A stretch of DNA of 64,000 nucleotides. Source: Raillietiella orientalis (taxonomy: Eukaryota). The stretch is taken from positions 3,038,001 to 3,102,000 of the forward strand of contig JAYWIR010000018.1 of assembly GCA_036172245.1 (NCBI GenBank), given 5' to 3'. Both the position numbers and the translations under genes were made by a program. How positions within the stretch are numbered: position 1 is the first letter of the stretch; the number at the start of each line of letters is the position of its first letter. Shown piece after piece: positions 25,981 through 38,100 of the stretch. The notes beneath the pieces are model-generated. The model worked only from the letters and a program-made list of their open reading frames with translations, was not told the DNA's origin and did not search any database.

Positions 25981-26861
25981 GTGACGCGGCGACTCCAAGT
26001 ACCCCAATTAAAGGGCTTTAGCATAAGCTGCTGAGAAATTCAAATGAAAATCTCGAGTGGCCCACAGAGCTCCTGAACAACTGCAGCCTCTCTCCCAGGA
26101 GTAGGCGCTGCTGGTCTTGCATTAGGGAATCTCATGTAATGCCCGCTGACATCACTGGACTCGAATGTGTGTGAGTCCAAACTGCAGAAAGAAGGCTCTT
26201 TCGGAGAATATGAATTCCTCCTGCACCTGCTCATGGACTGCTCATGGACTCGCTGAGGGAACGTTTCGCGGCAGCGACCCTCCGGACTCCACATGTCAAT
26301 CCCAGGGACTCACTTAAACCCCTTCTCGTGTGCTACGCATTCCCAGCAGTTCTTTGCTGCCTACTTGGGATTGTGTGGGCCTGGAGCAATGCCAGAGGAT
26401 GAGGCCCTGCTAGGAACGCCATCCTTCGCTCTCGGTTTTTTGCGGATGGCAACGAGATGGCTCCACCTGAACAACATGAAGCAGGAACTTGTCGGCATTC
26501 TCGAGAGAATGTAGAGGACGACCCCCATCAGGATGTGATCCTTATCCGTCCTCCCAAAGTTATTTTCTTTATGTTTATTTGTTTTGTTATTATTTTTATT
26601 TTTTTTCTTTTGCTTGCACCCTTCCCTTCTGCTGTCGAGGCCATCCTCGCCGGTCTGCACGCCGGCTTCTCAGCAAGTTCTTAATTATCAGGACGTGCTA
26701 GGGTCAATGGTCCTACTACTTTTGCATTGTTTATTTTTTAAACATATAAACTCCCCGAATCGGGTGAAAAATCCATCATCACCGTCATCGCTGTAGCACC
26801 TTAGTGGTCGTCGTACCACGTTATCGCGTCCCTTGTCGGCGTCGGCATCATACAACTATCG

Positions 26862-27111
26862 TATTGGATTGGTAGAATGAAGGATTGTTTTGGTGCCCTT
26901 TATTGTGCTGATGGCTCTAGTGGAACAACAGGAACTGTAGCGATTGAGGAGGACGAGAAGAAAAATTTGAAACTTTGTTGCTCCATGGCCGTTGGAGAGG
27001 TAGAAGTGAATCAAGGATATCGGGATGCAGATGATGATGAGGAGCGGATCTTCAAGAGCCACTGATAGTTGTCCTACGAAGAAGCGCGATCGTGAAGTGA
27101 AGGGAAAAGTT
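26862..27111 (+). repeat. ~250-bp direct repeat, copy 1
   Basis: Aligns by eye (~80% identity) to 29030-29282. Shares gttggagaggtagaagtgaatcaaggata and cgatcgtgaagtgaagggaaa exactly. Confidence 0.95.
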
Positions 27112-29029
27112 TCCTACGCGGCATAGGAGAGTCAAGATGCGGTTTTATTTCCGCATGCCATAAATAATGTATAGGATGTCAATAAATAGCAGCACTCTCT
27201 CATGTCGTGAAGGTCAAAGGACAATGCAAAAGTGAAGAGGAAGAAAAAAGAAAAAAAAACAAGCTTTGTATTTTGTACAGAGACGAAAACATTATGCCAG
27301 TGAGGCATAGGACATTCGTGGCTGGAACAGAATATTACTGGCACTGTAGTAGAAAAATGATTCTAATTGCGAGGCCGAGAGAAGATAGTAAACAATCCTT
27401 TCCTTATTTATCATCATTTGGCATACGTAAAGTTGATATAAAACCTTCTGCGGGAAGAAAAAAAAAAAAACTGGGATTTGTAATTCAGAACTGAATGAGG
27501 TGATGGTGATTTGATTTACAGTTTCTAATTTATAGTGCATGTATAATATGTACATTATGACATAAAGTAACATAGGGACTCCAAATTTACTTAAAACATA
27601 GTAAGAAGTCACCCTTCCTCCAACGTGCTCATTGGAGAATCTGAATTTGGTTTCTTTATTCTGAAGGGTATTTGCAGAATTATTTCAGTGTAAGCATTTT
27701 CTCTACGGCGAGTGAGATTTCTGGATAAAAATGTCACATTGACGAAACTGCATGCATTAAACTTACGACTAAATGAGTCGTTTGGTTACAAGTTTCTCAT
27801 TTGGATAGTCGTGGGTTTTTGCTGCACTTCGGATAGGTCGACCGCAACAATTTGTAGATGGGTGATTGTTGCGAAATTTTGCTCGTCACGTGACAGAAGT
27901 TGCGGTTAAACGCAAGAGTGAAGTGGGCCTTGGTTTTCCTTTTTTGTGATGAAATTATCGGTTTTATGGGGAAATAAGTTTGCAAAATAGAATATAGACA
28001 ATGGATAATTAAGGAATGGGGAAGGGGAATTCCACGATTTGGCAGTGGTGAGAAAGAAGTATTAGGGGAGATGCTTAATAATGCATAATCCACGAGGAGC
28101 CTACTTTCTTTAGTGCTTGCAAATCGCAGCTTCGATTATTCAGGAGCTACTCAATTTTTTTGATAAAGGGTAATTAGAAGCTCTAATCCAGTTGAAGTGT
28201 AAGAAACAGTAAAGTGGCCTATAGTGTGTTAATTTTAGATGTGTAAATGTAATCTTCTATTGAAATAGGATTTAATGGTGCATTATCAAAGAATGGCAGG
28301 TTGAATAAGATAATCACTAAGCACACATCGCCTGCCTCTGTAGCGTGAGATCAGATGAGACACAACACTGTGGATGTACAGGGAGGATGAGATCTTGTTA
28401 AGGAAGGAGGTTGAGTGCAACCTGGATAATTATGGGTTATTATATTGTTTGAGAGCATAGAGATTCTTAGGAATGAATTGGTACTGTTAGTGATTGAGGA
28501 TATCACTGAAAAAAGAGATGACAAACTGAATCGAAACGCTCTATGTGCGTGCTTTTTGTTTCAGGTCGAAATTAAATTAAAATCACTATTTGCTGCTAGG
28601 ATAAATGGGATCGGTGCGGTGTGAGGAATAGTATGGTTAAGTGTTATTTGGCGGTGATGTACTGATACTTCTGCTGCTGGTACTGATTGATTGGAGGAAC
28701 GAAGGACGTTTGTCCTTTTCTAGCAAATGTTTGGCTTCAAAATAGGTGTGAACTTAGGAGTAGCTATTATAGGATTTGAATTCCAATTTAACGTTCATTT
28801 CAAAGTTGCTGTGGACCTGAAATGTAATTAATAGTAAATTATGTGGAATTGTGCTTTGATTAGTAAGAGTTGAAAACTGAAAGTGGTGTGTTAGTGGCGA
28901 TAAGACAAGGAATTTGGCAAAAAAACTGTCCCTCGGGCTTATTTTCTTATGAGTGATATAAGTCAGAGTCTGCTCTTTGATTAATGAATAACAGCTGCAG
29001 TTTTTTGCTAAGATAGCATAATAATTAGC

Positions 29030-29282
29030 TATTGGACTAGTAGCAAGAAGGGTTGTTTTGAGTATCCTTTATTGTGGTGTTGGCTTTAGTGTGACAACGG
29101 GATATGTAGCTATTGAAGAGCACAAGAAGAAAAACCCTTTGGAATTTTGTTGCTCCTTGGACGTTGGAGAGGTAGAAGTGAATCAAGGATACCCGGGCGC
29201 AAAGAATGATGAGGAGCAGATCTTCAAGTGGCAATGATAGTTTCCCTATGAAGAAGTACGATCGTGAAGTGAAGGGAAAGTT
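29030..29282 (+). repeat. ~250-bp direct repeat, copy 2
   Basis: Aligns to 26862-27111. The ORF track shows paralogous translations LEDPLLIIICIPISLIHFYLSN / LEDLLLIILCARVSLIHFYLSN. Confidence 0.95.
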
Positions 29283-29529
29283 GATCGTGAAAGTCTCGTA
29301 TGAGGCATAACAGCTGAATTTCCCTGTGGAGCCGGGCCTTCAAGGAATTCTGCGAATTCAATGCTGCTGGGAATATAGTAGAAGAGTCTGCTCGACCGAG
29401 AATCCCTACGTGATTCGAGCCCTGATCGGCGTAAGGCAGCTTGGTTGCCACCTTTTAAACCGTGACGATTTTTCCTGGAGTGAAAGGGCTGGAGAGAGGA
29501 AATGGTTTCCAATTAGTGAAAGACGGCAA

Positions 29530-30080
29530 CGTCACGGAGCTTGCTTGAAGCGAAGATGAAGGTACTTTCGAGGGGAGATCGCGTGCCGGTAGGCAAGTGG
29601 GAGAGATGTATGAGGCTGGGCTACGTGCATTGCAGTGGGGACCGAATGTGGTAAGCATCAGGTTGATGCAGCCAGCCTGTGGGAGGCAGATCGGAAACCT
29701 CAAGCGAGAAGGCTCCATGGACCTATGCACGGGAACGAAATTGGTCACAGATCAGGTCTGTGACCGTGGAGAGACATGAGCAGCTTGTCCTAGATGCTGG
29801 AGGATAATTAGTGGACCAATGTCCTCTTCTCTTCAAGTGGTAAGATGTGTGGAGTGTCTATGAGGCGGTGAGTAAGGCCTGATGCGAATAGTGACGGAGC
29901 GAGGGGTGCGGTGCCTTCTGGGGCTCAGATGGGTGGTTTCCGTGATGGTGTTCTGACGAGGATGGTGGCTGATCTTGGGGGAGTCCAGGAAAGGACTGAA
30001 GAGGAAGTTGTCCAGGAGATTAGGGGCGAAGTCCAGAGATGTTGTTTTCCACAAGCAGGCACGGGGTTCCAAGTTCGCAT
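29530..30080 (-). mobile_element. Possible decayed 3' end of an I/Nimb-like LINE (RNase H end and CCHC knuckle)
   Basis: SRLRFPICLPQAGCINLM...GPHCNARSPASYISPTC resembles RLR.GH....LM...CPHC......HI...CP. Weak WxP/GN-like trace upstream. Confidence 0.28.
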
Positions 30081-30189
30081 CTATTTTGATTTTCGCTCCT
30101 TAGGCACGATAGGTCACGAGGTCGCCCGATCTTCGAGCAAGAGACCCAGAGAAACTGGAAGGGGCACGGAAACGGACTCCCGAACCTTA

Positions 30190-30950
30190 CTTCAGCTCAA
30201 GAGTCTCCCGCCCTCGCCTAGGAGTGCACGGCCGCCGCCATAGGAAACTAGAAGCAGAGCGCCGAGGCCTTGCCTGCCCGAGTTCTCGACCGAGGTGCAC
30301 CAGCCATCGCAGCGATGATATCGAGGAAGAAGGAGAGCGGTGGCGGTGAGATAGTTGCAGCGTCTTCGCACCACTCTTCCAGGTGGTCACCCTCCTCTCT
30401 GGCCCCTAGGAGACTTGTAGGAGTGACACTGGTGGCCCAGTCTTTCCGCCGACCTGCTCAGCTAGCGAGCGCGCTAGAAGGGTCCGATGTCCGAAGAATC
30501 CAAGAGACCCTCGTCCTCCATCCGGAGCTTCGGCGTTTCCTCGGGTTTTCCGAGAAGCCAGAAAGCATTCTCGAGGAGAAGAACCGCAAAGGTTGAGTTT
30601 TCAGAACCAGGTGACAGAAACAGTTCAGCCTCAGACCTTCTACCCCAAGCGCTGCAATCGAGGACTGCAGTGGTTAAATGGATCCCTAGGAAATAAGGTT
30701 CCAGTTTCTGCAAGAGACGAGAGGGATGCCAGAAAGATAGGAATTCGCGGTCGCGATGCGGAGATGGTTGCTATGAGACTGCAGCAGCTGTTCCTCGGGA
30801 TGCATTCTCGGTGATGAATGGCGTCCCAGAGGAAGGGAGCAAAGCTGGTGGGGTTTAAGGTCATTTCGATCGTCCCTATGCATCAGCAGCTCCGGGCATG
30901 TTGACCAAGAGGACGAAGAAGCCACGAAGCAGCGGGCATTCTTCGATAGT
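30190..30950 (-). mobile_element. Decayed LINE RT (domains 6-7 and thumb)
   Basis: MTLNPTS (M.LNP.K), YFLGIHLT (YLG..LD), NAFWLL and RVVRRRC (ERVQRR), in order. Confidence 0.4.
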
Positions 30951-32269
30951 CCTGTGAACGAGGGTTGCTGGAAAGGCGAACCCGGCCTCTAAGAGCCAGG
31001 AAAGGAGGTGGGGGGTGCCGCGGAAGGAATGAGATTGACCTCTCTTCTTTCCCTCTGTCCCGTGCATCGCTTTAAGAGTGGGATAGGCGCCCTGTTGGAG
31101 GGATCAGAACATCCGGAAAAATCTCTGCCGGCGTTATCGAGTCGCACGGCACCGGGAAATGGAGCGAAGCGCCTGCCAGAGGGGGGGAAGAATGCATTCG
31201 ATGAGGAAGGAAGGAAGGGGAAAGAGGAGTCAAGGAGCAGGAAGGGGAAGGGGAGGAGAAGGGATGGGGAGAAGAAGAGGATGGAAGGAGGGCAGGCAGT
31301 GGGAGCGTCCGGGCGCATAGAGCTGTTCGGACTCTCGAAGTTTCCACGAGGAGACTGACTTCGGGAGGAGGACGGGAACAGCAGCAGTTGACAAAGAGCT
31401 TCGCAGAGCGGAATCGTCAGTGCTCGCATCCTTCTTGATGGAGGAGGCTGCCACCTCCGTCCTTGACCTTCCATTTCTTCTTCTTGAGCGGCTCCTCAGC
31501 AGCTCTTCCCCTCCCTTCCAGCCTCGGTGCTCTCACTGGAAGCAGGAGGAAGGCCACGGATAGGGGTCAGCTGCGTCGGCACGCAGGAGGGATCAGACGG
31601 GGGTCACGCGCGATCCGACCCCACTGTCTGAGCACTCTCTCGTGCCACACTCTCCCTTCCCTGCCCCGAAGGCAGCCATCTCTTTTTCCTGCCTGCTGCT
31701 CTTCTTTGCTCTCATTTCCAGGCGGATTGGACCGCCCTTGGAGGGGAGGAGGAGAGGAGAATCGATCCTGCAAGTTTTGCGCTTCCTCATGTCCCTTGGG
31801 AGAGTCCGGGACTCTTGGATGCGGTCCGGAATCGCTCCCGAGGGAGAGAGGGTGAAAGGGTTCGAGTCGTATCCGGGAAGAACAGCCCGGAAAGCCTGAG
31901 AGCAGGTAGACGGGAGACGCGCGGTCGATCGTCGAGTGCGCCCAGGGGAGGGGGCTCTGGAAGAACAGGGAGACTCCAGGAAATCTGGGGGAACGAAGAA
32001 GAGGAGGAAGAGGCGATCTGCCTTCTTCCGTCCTTTCGCTGGGGACTCACCGAAAGAGGAGCAGCTTCCTGGCGTCCTATCGAAGAAGCGTCTTGGCCAG
32101 ACGCCAGTCAGTCAGTTCTCCCCCTCCTCCTCCCTGATTTCCCAGTTTTGAACGACCTCGCGGGCTATGCTGGGTCCTGTTCAACGATGTTTGGGGTGCG
32201 CTCTGCGAAGAAGGGAGGGAAGAGGGTGCCGCGTCAGCCAGCCAGCTGCCTACCAAGGGTTCCACAAAG

Positions 32270-32560
32270 GTCACATAGCTGAAACACCAGCAGCCGAGCA
32301 ACGGGCAGTCCCGAAGGATCTCAAACCAGATGGGGAGGTCAAGTGAGCCGTTGGCACCGGAGGGCGTGGTGCGCCAACACCACGCATTGCAGCTTCCCTC
32401 TTCCGCTTGGCAGGTGGTGCAGCCGGTGGCTCCTTCTTTCTGGAATTCTCTGCAGCTGCATAGCTTCCCGGTGGTCTCTTTCCTGCATAAAGAGTGCTCT
32501 CCCTCGAGAGATTCAGAGAGAGCGATGAGAGTCTTTCGGACAGCGAAACGTCGCCTGAGG
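32270..32560 (-). mobile_element. Decayed LINE APE endonuclease N-terminus
   Basis: LIALSES...REFQKEGATGC...LPIWFEI...LLGCWCFSY resembles IAL.ET...R...GGGV...E.LW..I...IG..Y. Confidence 0.33.
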
Positions 32561-32949
32561 GTGCGCAATGCATGAGATGAGAAGGGTCACTTAAGCACAT
32601 CTGCAATCACTGAATCAGTAGCTTAAAATCAATAGGAGTATGGAGCGGCAATAAAGGATGACTGGTGGTCCGGACCAGCCATTTAAGAAAGATGTTCGGG
32701 AACATATCCAAATCCTCCCTTCCTTCTCCTCCTCGTCCTTTTATTTCCTCCTCTGTCTGCTCCTTCTCCTTTCTCTTGCTCCTCCTCCTTTTCTTCCCTT
32801 GCTTCTCCTCTTTCTGCGGATCGTGGCTTGTGAGAGTTTTGGACCGACTGGGTGCTTCAGGGCGGGGGCAATTCATCGCGCTTGACATTGTCTGATTCAT
32901 CGAGACTTCAGCATCACAAAAGTGCAAATATAGAGAAGTAACGCTGCAA

Positions 32950-33280
32950 TTCTTTTCCATGAGAGCTTTGGCGTCAGTGCGGAAACTAGTCTTTGGAAGG
33001 CTGGGATCTAGAAAATGACAGAGTCACTTAAAGAGCTCATGATTATGAGGAGACAAGCAGAGCACATCAAGGAGATCGTGGAGATCGCTGTGGAGACCGT
33101 ATCCAGCACTCTTGAGGCATGTATCTTTAGCATCGGTTGGTCTATCGCACGGAAAATAGTGGCGAGGCTCGATGTAAGCGAACAAGAAGTGCGAGGCTGC
33201 CAGGTGAAATATGCACGCGGAGGAAGATACCAGGCTGCTGCCTCGGTCTGTGGGGACGTGTCGCTGCTGCTTCGCAACTG
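32950..33280 (+). mobile_element. Decayed CR1/L2-like RT thumb
   Basis: ETVSSTLEACIFSIGWSIARKIVARLDVSEQ resembles V.S.LEY....W.....I..LE.VQ. Confidence 0.35.
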
Positions 33281-34989
33281 ACCCTTGACTACCCTCCCCC
33301 CAGAATGTATTCTTCAGGTGTCACTTGGCACTTCCTCGCTCGGCTCGTTCGCACGCCAGCAGTCCCTCAGAGAGGTGACGACCTTGCCGGCCAGCAACGC
33401 GCGCAGTCCGGCTGTCGTCTCCTCGGACCATCATCATTCGAGCTCCCTCGACCTAGTTCTGCTTGCCCTAGCCCTGCTAATGGAGGGGTCATTGAGTCTG
33501 GGTGGAGACCTCCTCCAGCCGGAATCCTCATCAGCAGTACCGAATTCCTCATCATCATCATGATCACAGAGCTCACGCTTTGACCACAATTTTCTTCTTA
33601 GCCGAAGCCAGGCGTGCCAACTTCCCACCGATGGAAGGACACCTGCGCTTCGGCCATTATGACCTCATGCCTGCGAGAGCGTTCCATCCCGCTGCGCATC
33701 GGAGCTCCAGCCAGGGAGCAGGAGGGGCTCCGGTCCCCATGCCAGAGTTTACTGTGGGAGGCATGGGATGCCATGCATCTTTAACAGTCACGTGAAGCAC
33801 TTTCGTCTGCATAGCAACAGGCTCAACGCGTCGGTTGACCACGTAGAAAAGGGGGTGCAAGGACACTGGGAGAAAATGTCCAGAAGCCAACACAAGTAGG
33901 GGTGCCGTCCTGATCCCGTAATTGAGCGAAGTTTCACAGTCGTCCGGAGGCTTCTTTGCATCTCACATCTTAGATCGGTGTCCCACTTCGACGTCCTATG
34001 CATGCAGACGGGAGAGACAGTTCTATGGGGTGGCAGTCGCACTCTTTGCTCTGGCGACCCCACCATCGCTCGCAGGTTGCAGTGAGGAGGCAGCCGGAGA
34101 TCCCGAAGGGAGCCAACCGCTCGTTCAAACAGAAAGGCCCGCAGGGGGCGCTGAAGTATCTCTCCATTCCTCCTCCTACCACAACTGCATCCCTTCAGGG
34201 CACGGTTTCTGGAAGACTCAACACCAGCAGGTTAGACAGAGGAATACCGGAAGCCACTTGCCTCCAGATAGCCTGTATCCTCTGTCGAACCGATTGGGTG
34301 CTGCAGAACTAAGGGTGCGTCGTCACATCGGAAGTCTCCTGTGCCTTGTGGAATGGAACTCCAAGGCGGCTCCAGAAGAGGCAGTACGAGGTCTGCCACA
34401 CCACCGTTCCTCCTTAAGGGTGCTGGCGTCGCCGAGTGGTCGTCGTGGGTCAGTGGAGATTCAGGCAGAGGGAGAAGTGATGAAAGAGCTGGAGGCGTGA
34501 GACCTCGGGAAAGAGGCGACGTGCTCGAAGATGCAGCACCTTCGAGACGTGCGCTGGGGGGCTCGGTTGAGTCGCTGCTTCCTCTTCAGGACCAGACAGA
34601 CGAAGAGGTGACCTCTGAGGCGGGAGAGCTGCGACCCCTTGTCCTGGAGTCCTCCGGATCACTCTGAGATTTCCAACGAAGAGCTCGTGCAGGCGCCGGC
34701 GCTTCTCTGGAGAAGCCACTCCTTGGTCCCCTCAGGAAAAGCCAAGGCAGGGTCTTCCGCAACCTCTGCAGGCGACTGTGTGCGCGACGAAGCGCCCTTC
34801 TGCCTAGAGAAGTCGCCTAGTCGACTCCCAAAGAGCTGAAGACCCATCGGCGCAGCGCGGAGCACCGGTACAAGAAAGACGATTGCTCCATCATCCAGCA
34901 CCTCTCGTGACGTATCTGGAGGCATCGGCTGGGCCACCAGCCGTGATGAGTAGCCCCTCTGAAGACTCCAGAATCTTCCTGACGATCAG

Positions 34990-35530
34990 ATGAGGGGAGA
35001 TTTGCCATGCTGCGGGGATGTTGGAGGATCACTCCCATAGCAGTTGTCCGCACTCCACTTCCGTCTACAAGAATTGTGAAAGCATACTCAGATTATTCTT
35101 TCTAACAAGTGGAAGATGACCAGAGATGACTGTCGGCAATGCCGAAGGGGCGGACTTCTGAGAAAATTCCCCCCCGGTATTGAGTCAGAGTCGGAGTCTC
35201 TGTGATGCCGGTTCAGCTCTGCAACAGCCTTCCAGAAGCACGTATAAGGAATGGATTCCTTGCGGGCATCCTCTTCGGATGCGTGGTAAGGCTCCTGCTT
35301 CCGAAGGACCCCTTTCGGATGTGTAACCGTTGGCAACTCTCGATTTTCTCGAGATGCCACTGCTCCGAGTCCCTGTAGTTCCAACACGTCCTCGCCTTCC
35401 GATACACCACGAAAGCTCCGAATGCAGTGCTGAAAAATCTGCTTCCGGTCATCATCCTTTTCGTGGAGGCTTCCCTGGAACGGAAAAAAATGCTGCCGAT
35501 CTTCCCTCTCTTCAGCCCAGCGCCTGCTCG
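34990..35530 (-). mobile_element. Decayed LINE RT thumb
   Basis: FFSTAFGAFVVYRKARTCWNY...LEKIESCQRLHIRKG resembles LF...V...Y....W......LE..Q...R...G. Confidence 0.35.
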
Positions 35531-37639
35531 ACCTGGCAGCGTCTCTCCCTGCCGGAGAGAGTGAGGTCCTTTGCAACGAGCACTCGTGCCTCCCGTGCAA
35601 CGCAAGGAGCGGTCTCCCGCACTCGTGGATTTGCAACGGCAGCTCTCGCTTCAGGGCGGCTCGGAAGACCAGCCATTTGGGCCCGCACCTGCTGGGCCGG
35701 AAGGAGGACGGTCTCCAGCTCCTCCAGAGCAAGCTGCCCAGGGAGTGAGCAGGAGAAGAATGAACTGGTGGGGCTACAGGTACCAAAGCAGCCGTTCCGA
35801 GGCCAGGTCGCTCCCGTTCTGGAGAAGGAAAATCCCGTCGAAAGAGTTGGGATCGGGAAAGGAGGGCTCGACTGCACGTCGGTGACAGTAGAACTTTTTG
35901 ATCCCTCCCTTCGACCGCCTCGGAAAGCATCACAGCCAGGAAGGGTCCCGAAGAAAATCTGGAGGTGCCCCCTGAGTTCTGGCGTGGAGAAATCCAGGTG
36001 CGGCGGGTAGCGGTTCGGCGCGTGGACGAGGGCCCTAAGAGAAATTCTTTTTCCCCCGCTTTCCCTCAGACTCCCTGCAGGATGAGTTTCAAAAGCGTGT
36101 CCGACGAGGCTACCACCACCGGACTCGGTTTGTCCAGAACGGCATCGTGCGAAGCGTGGGGAGGCTCGGGTTTCCAGGGCGGCGGGCACTCTCTCTTCCC
36201 AGGGTGATCAAGTCCCGGGAGCGAGCGACCCTACCGCGGCGCCCTACTCTTCTTGCAGAACCCGGGGAGCCCCTGAAGGGCATGGGAGCGCTGCTAGGAA
36301 ACCCTCCTGGGCCTCATCGCGAAAGCGCCGCGCGTCTGCAGGCGAAGGCTGTTGCGCCAGCGGAACTACGCGGGAAGCTCCGTGGGTGGGGTCGCGCACC
36401 CCGAGATGCGGTCAAGGAGAGAGTGGGCCGCGGTTTCCGGCTTCTCCCGAGCACCTTTGACCGCGCCCGCCTTTACAGTCGGGGGACCGAAGACGCACCT
36501 CTTGCTGCAATACAGGAGTAATTAACGCTCCCGGTAATCTTTCAGGCAACTTAGAGGGACTCCGAGGTCACGGAAGACTTCTTATCTCGGATGTTGGCCG
36601 CTCGCGAATCTCTTCCGCTCTCCCAGGAGACTAAGTATCCCGGCGTGCCCTCCATCACGTCAGGATCACCCGTGACTCCGCATATGGAGCGACGGCCGGC
36701 CCCGTGCAGCTCCCGGCGGCACCATGGTGACCGCTTCCTCGGTCAACGCAGATTAGCGCGCATCGGAAGACTCCCACCTGGTCACCCAGTCTGGGGATTC
36801 GTTCACCGCGGAAGTGAAGACCTCCGCAAAGAGTGGGTCGTGACATCCCACTCTGAGCCCAGCAATTTCTGGCGAGGGCCGAAACGGGAAAGGGAAAAAC
36901 GATTGTTTACACAGTCGAGGGGAAGAGGGGAGGTGGTGCAAGGGAGGAGACTTCCTTCCTCTGCATCCCTAGGCGAGTTTCTGCTGATGCGCTCCCGGGG
37001 AAGGAAGGGATCCGTCTCCACGCGAAGAAACGGAGGGGAGGCGCTCGCGTAAAACCGTGGATCGCCGCCTCCGGCAGGGAGGGCAGGCATCGTCCGCCTA
37101 GGGATGCAGAAGGAAGGAGGCCCCCTCCCCGCACCACCACCCCTCCTTCCCTTGATCTGCCGTTTACCAGACGGTGATGAGCAAAGGTTGAACTCCGAGT
37201 TGGAGGAAGCTGCTGCTGCAGTGGATAAGCAAAAGATGCGAGAGCATGGTCATGTGACCCTTTGCCTGTCAGCCCTCAAGCACGCGCGCATCAGCGATGA
37301 ACGGATGCGAAATAGCGCATCCCGCGGTTTTCCCCCCATGGGTGATCGACGTGCAGCTATTTTTTAGCCGCGCAGGCGAGCCGCACAAGGATCCCCGGGA
37401 GGTTCCGTTGCTCGAAGGGAAGCTTTGCGCGTTCTCACCGGCTGTTCCTGGGCACCGGAAAGGGCCGACGCCCTCGCGACGCTCCCCAGGACCGCGCCGC
37501 CGCAGCCCGCCGGGGACAGGGGAGCGCAAGCGGAACGCAGCTTGGACACTCCACCCTCTTCCCCCCTTCCCTTCTGGAAGCGGGACCGCCGATCGCATGC
37601 CCCGAGGGGCAACCCGAACACGAAGAGAGAAGGGAACGG

Positions 37640-38100
37640 AGCCCATCAGAACGATGTCTACCCCTCCTTGGTCATTGGAACAAGAGCGCCGACCCTCTCT
37701 TGAGCCTCGCGTCGATGAGTTGAGGCGTGGATCAGGGAGACGGGAAGGAGAGGGTTCGAATGCACTTTGGAATGGAAGGGCAGTTTGTTGAGCTCTGGCC
37801 ATGAGTCGGCTCGAGAGAGGGGTCGGGAAAAATGGGTGCTTCGAGCAAGAGGAAAGAGGGCCAGAAAACCCAGAGGTAATGACTCCAGCAATGCTCGCCT
37901 CGCCCCGCGGTGCTATTTTCGTCCCCGCCCAATGTGCGATGGGAACGATGGCAGAATCCACAATTGGAACATGGTCCAAGTACTGCACCATCTGCACAGC
38001 TCCTTGAACCCCGTCTGGGATGGAGTCGCTAGACGGAACACAGAAGAAGGGGTTGTCGCAAGCAGCTGGTAGAATGGGAGGGCGTCCGCCACGTTCGCGC
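37640..38100 (-). mobile_element. Decayed CR1-like RT domains 0-3
   Basis: SAIVPIAH (A.V.PI.K), TSGFSGPLSSC (Q.GF....SC) and PFQSAFEPSPSRLPDPRL (DF.KAFD.V.H..L..KL), in order. Confidence 0.38.

Larger units (their letters stand above)
26862..29345 (-). mobile_element. Decayed Penelope-like element (RT + GIY-YIG) flanked by pseudo-LTR-like direct repeats
   Basis: Minus-strand motifs in PLE order: PIPFILAANS (PLRPIVS), FD..SSLF (SFDV.SLF), SSLYIHSV, RRCVLSDY (RYVDD-like), LPFFD, SNYP, IPLPHS, SPIYKLLRSTYPKC...ET (GIY-YIG-like), TRRRENAY.EII. Frameshifts and stops throughout. Confidence 0.6.

Noticed and set aside
33015..33281. Death-domain-like ORF (IGWSIARK...VSEQEV)
   Set aside because: Fits the LINE thumb motif S.LEY....W.....LE.VQ equally well and has no splice or codon-bias support.
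37357..37367. MEF2 site CTATTTTTTAG
   Set aside because: One base too long for CTA(A/T)4TAG and isolated.
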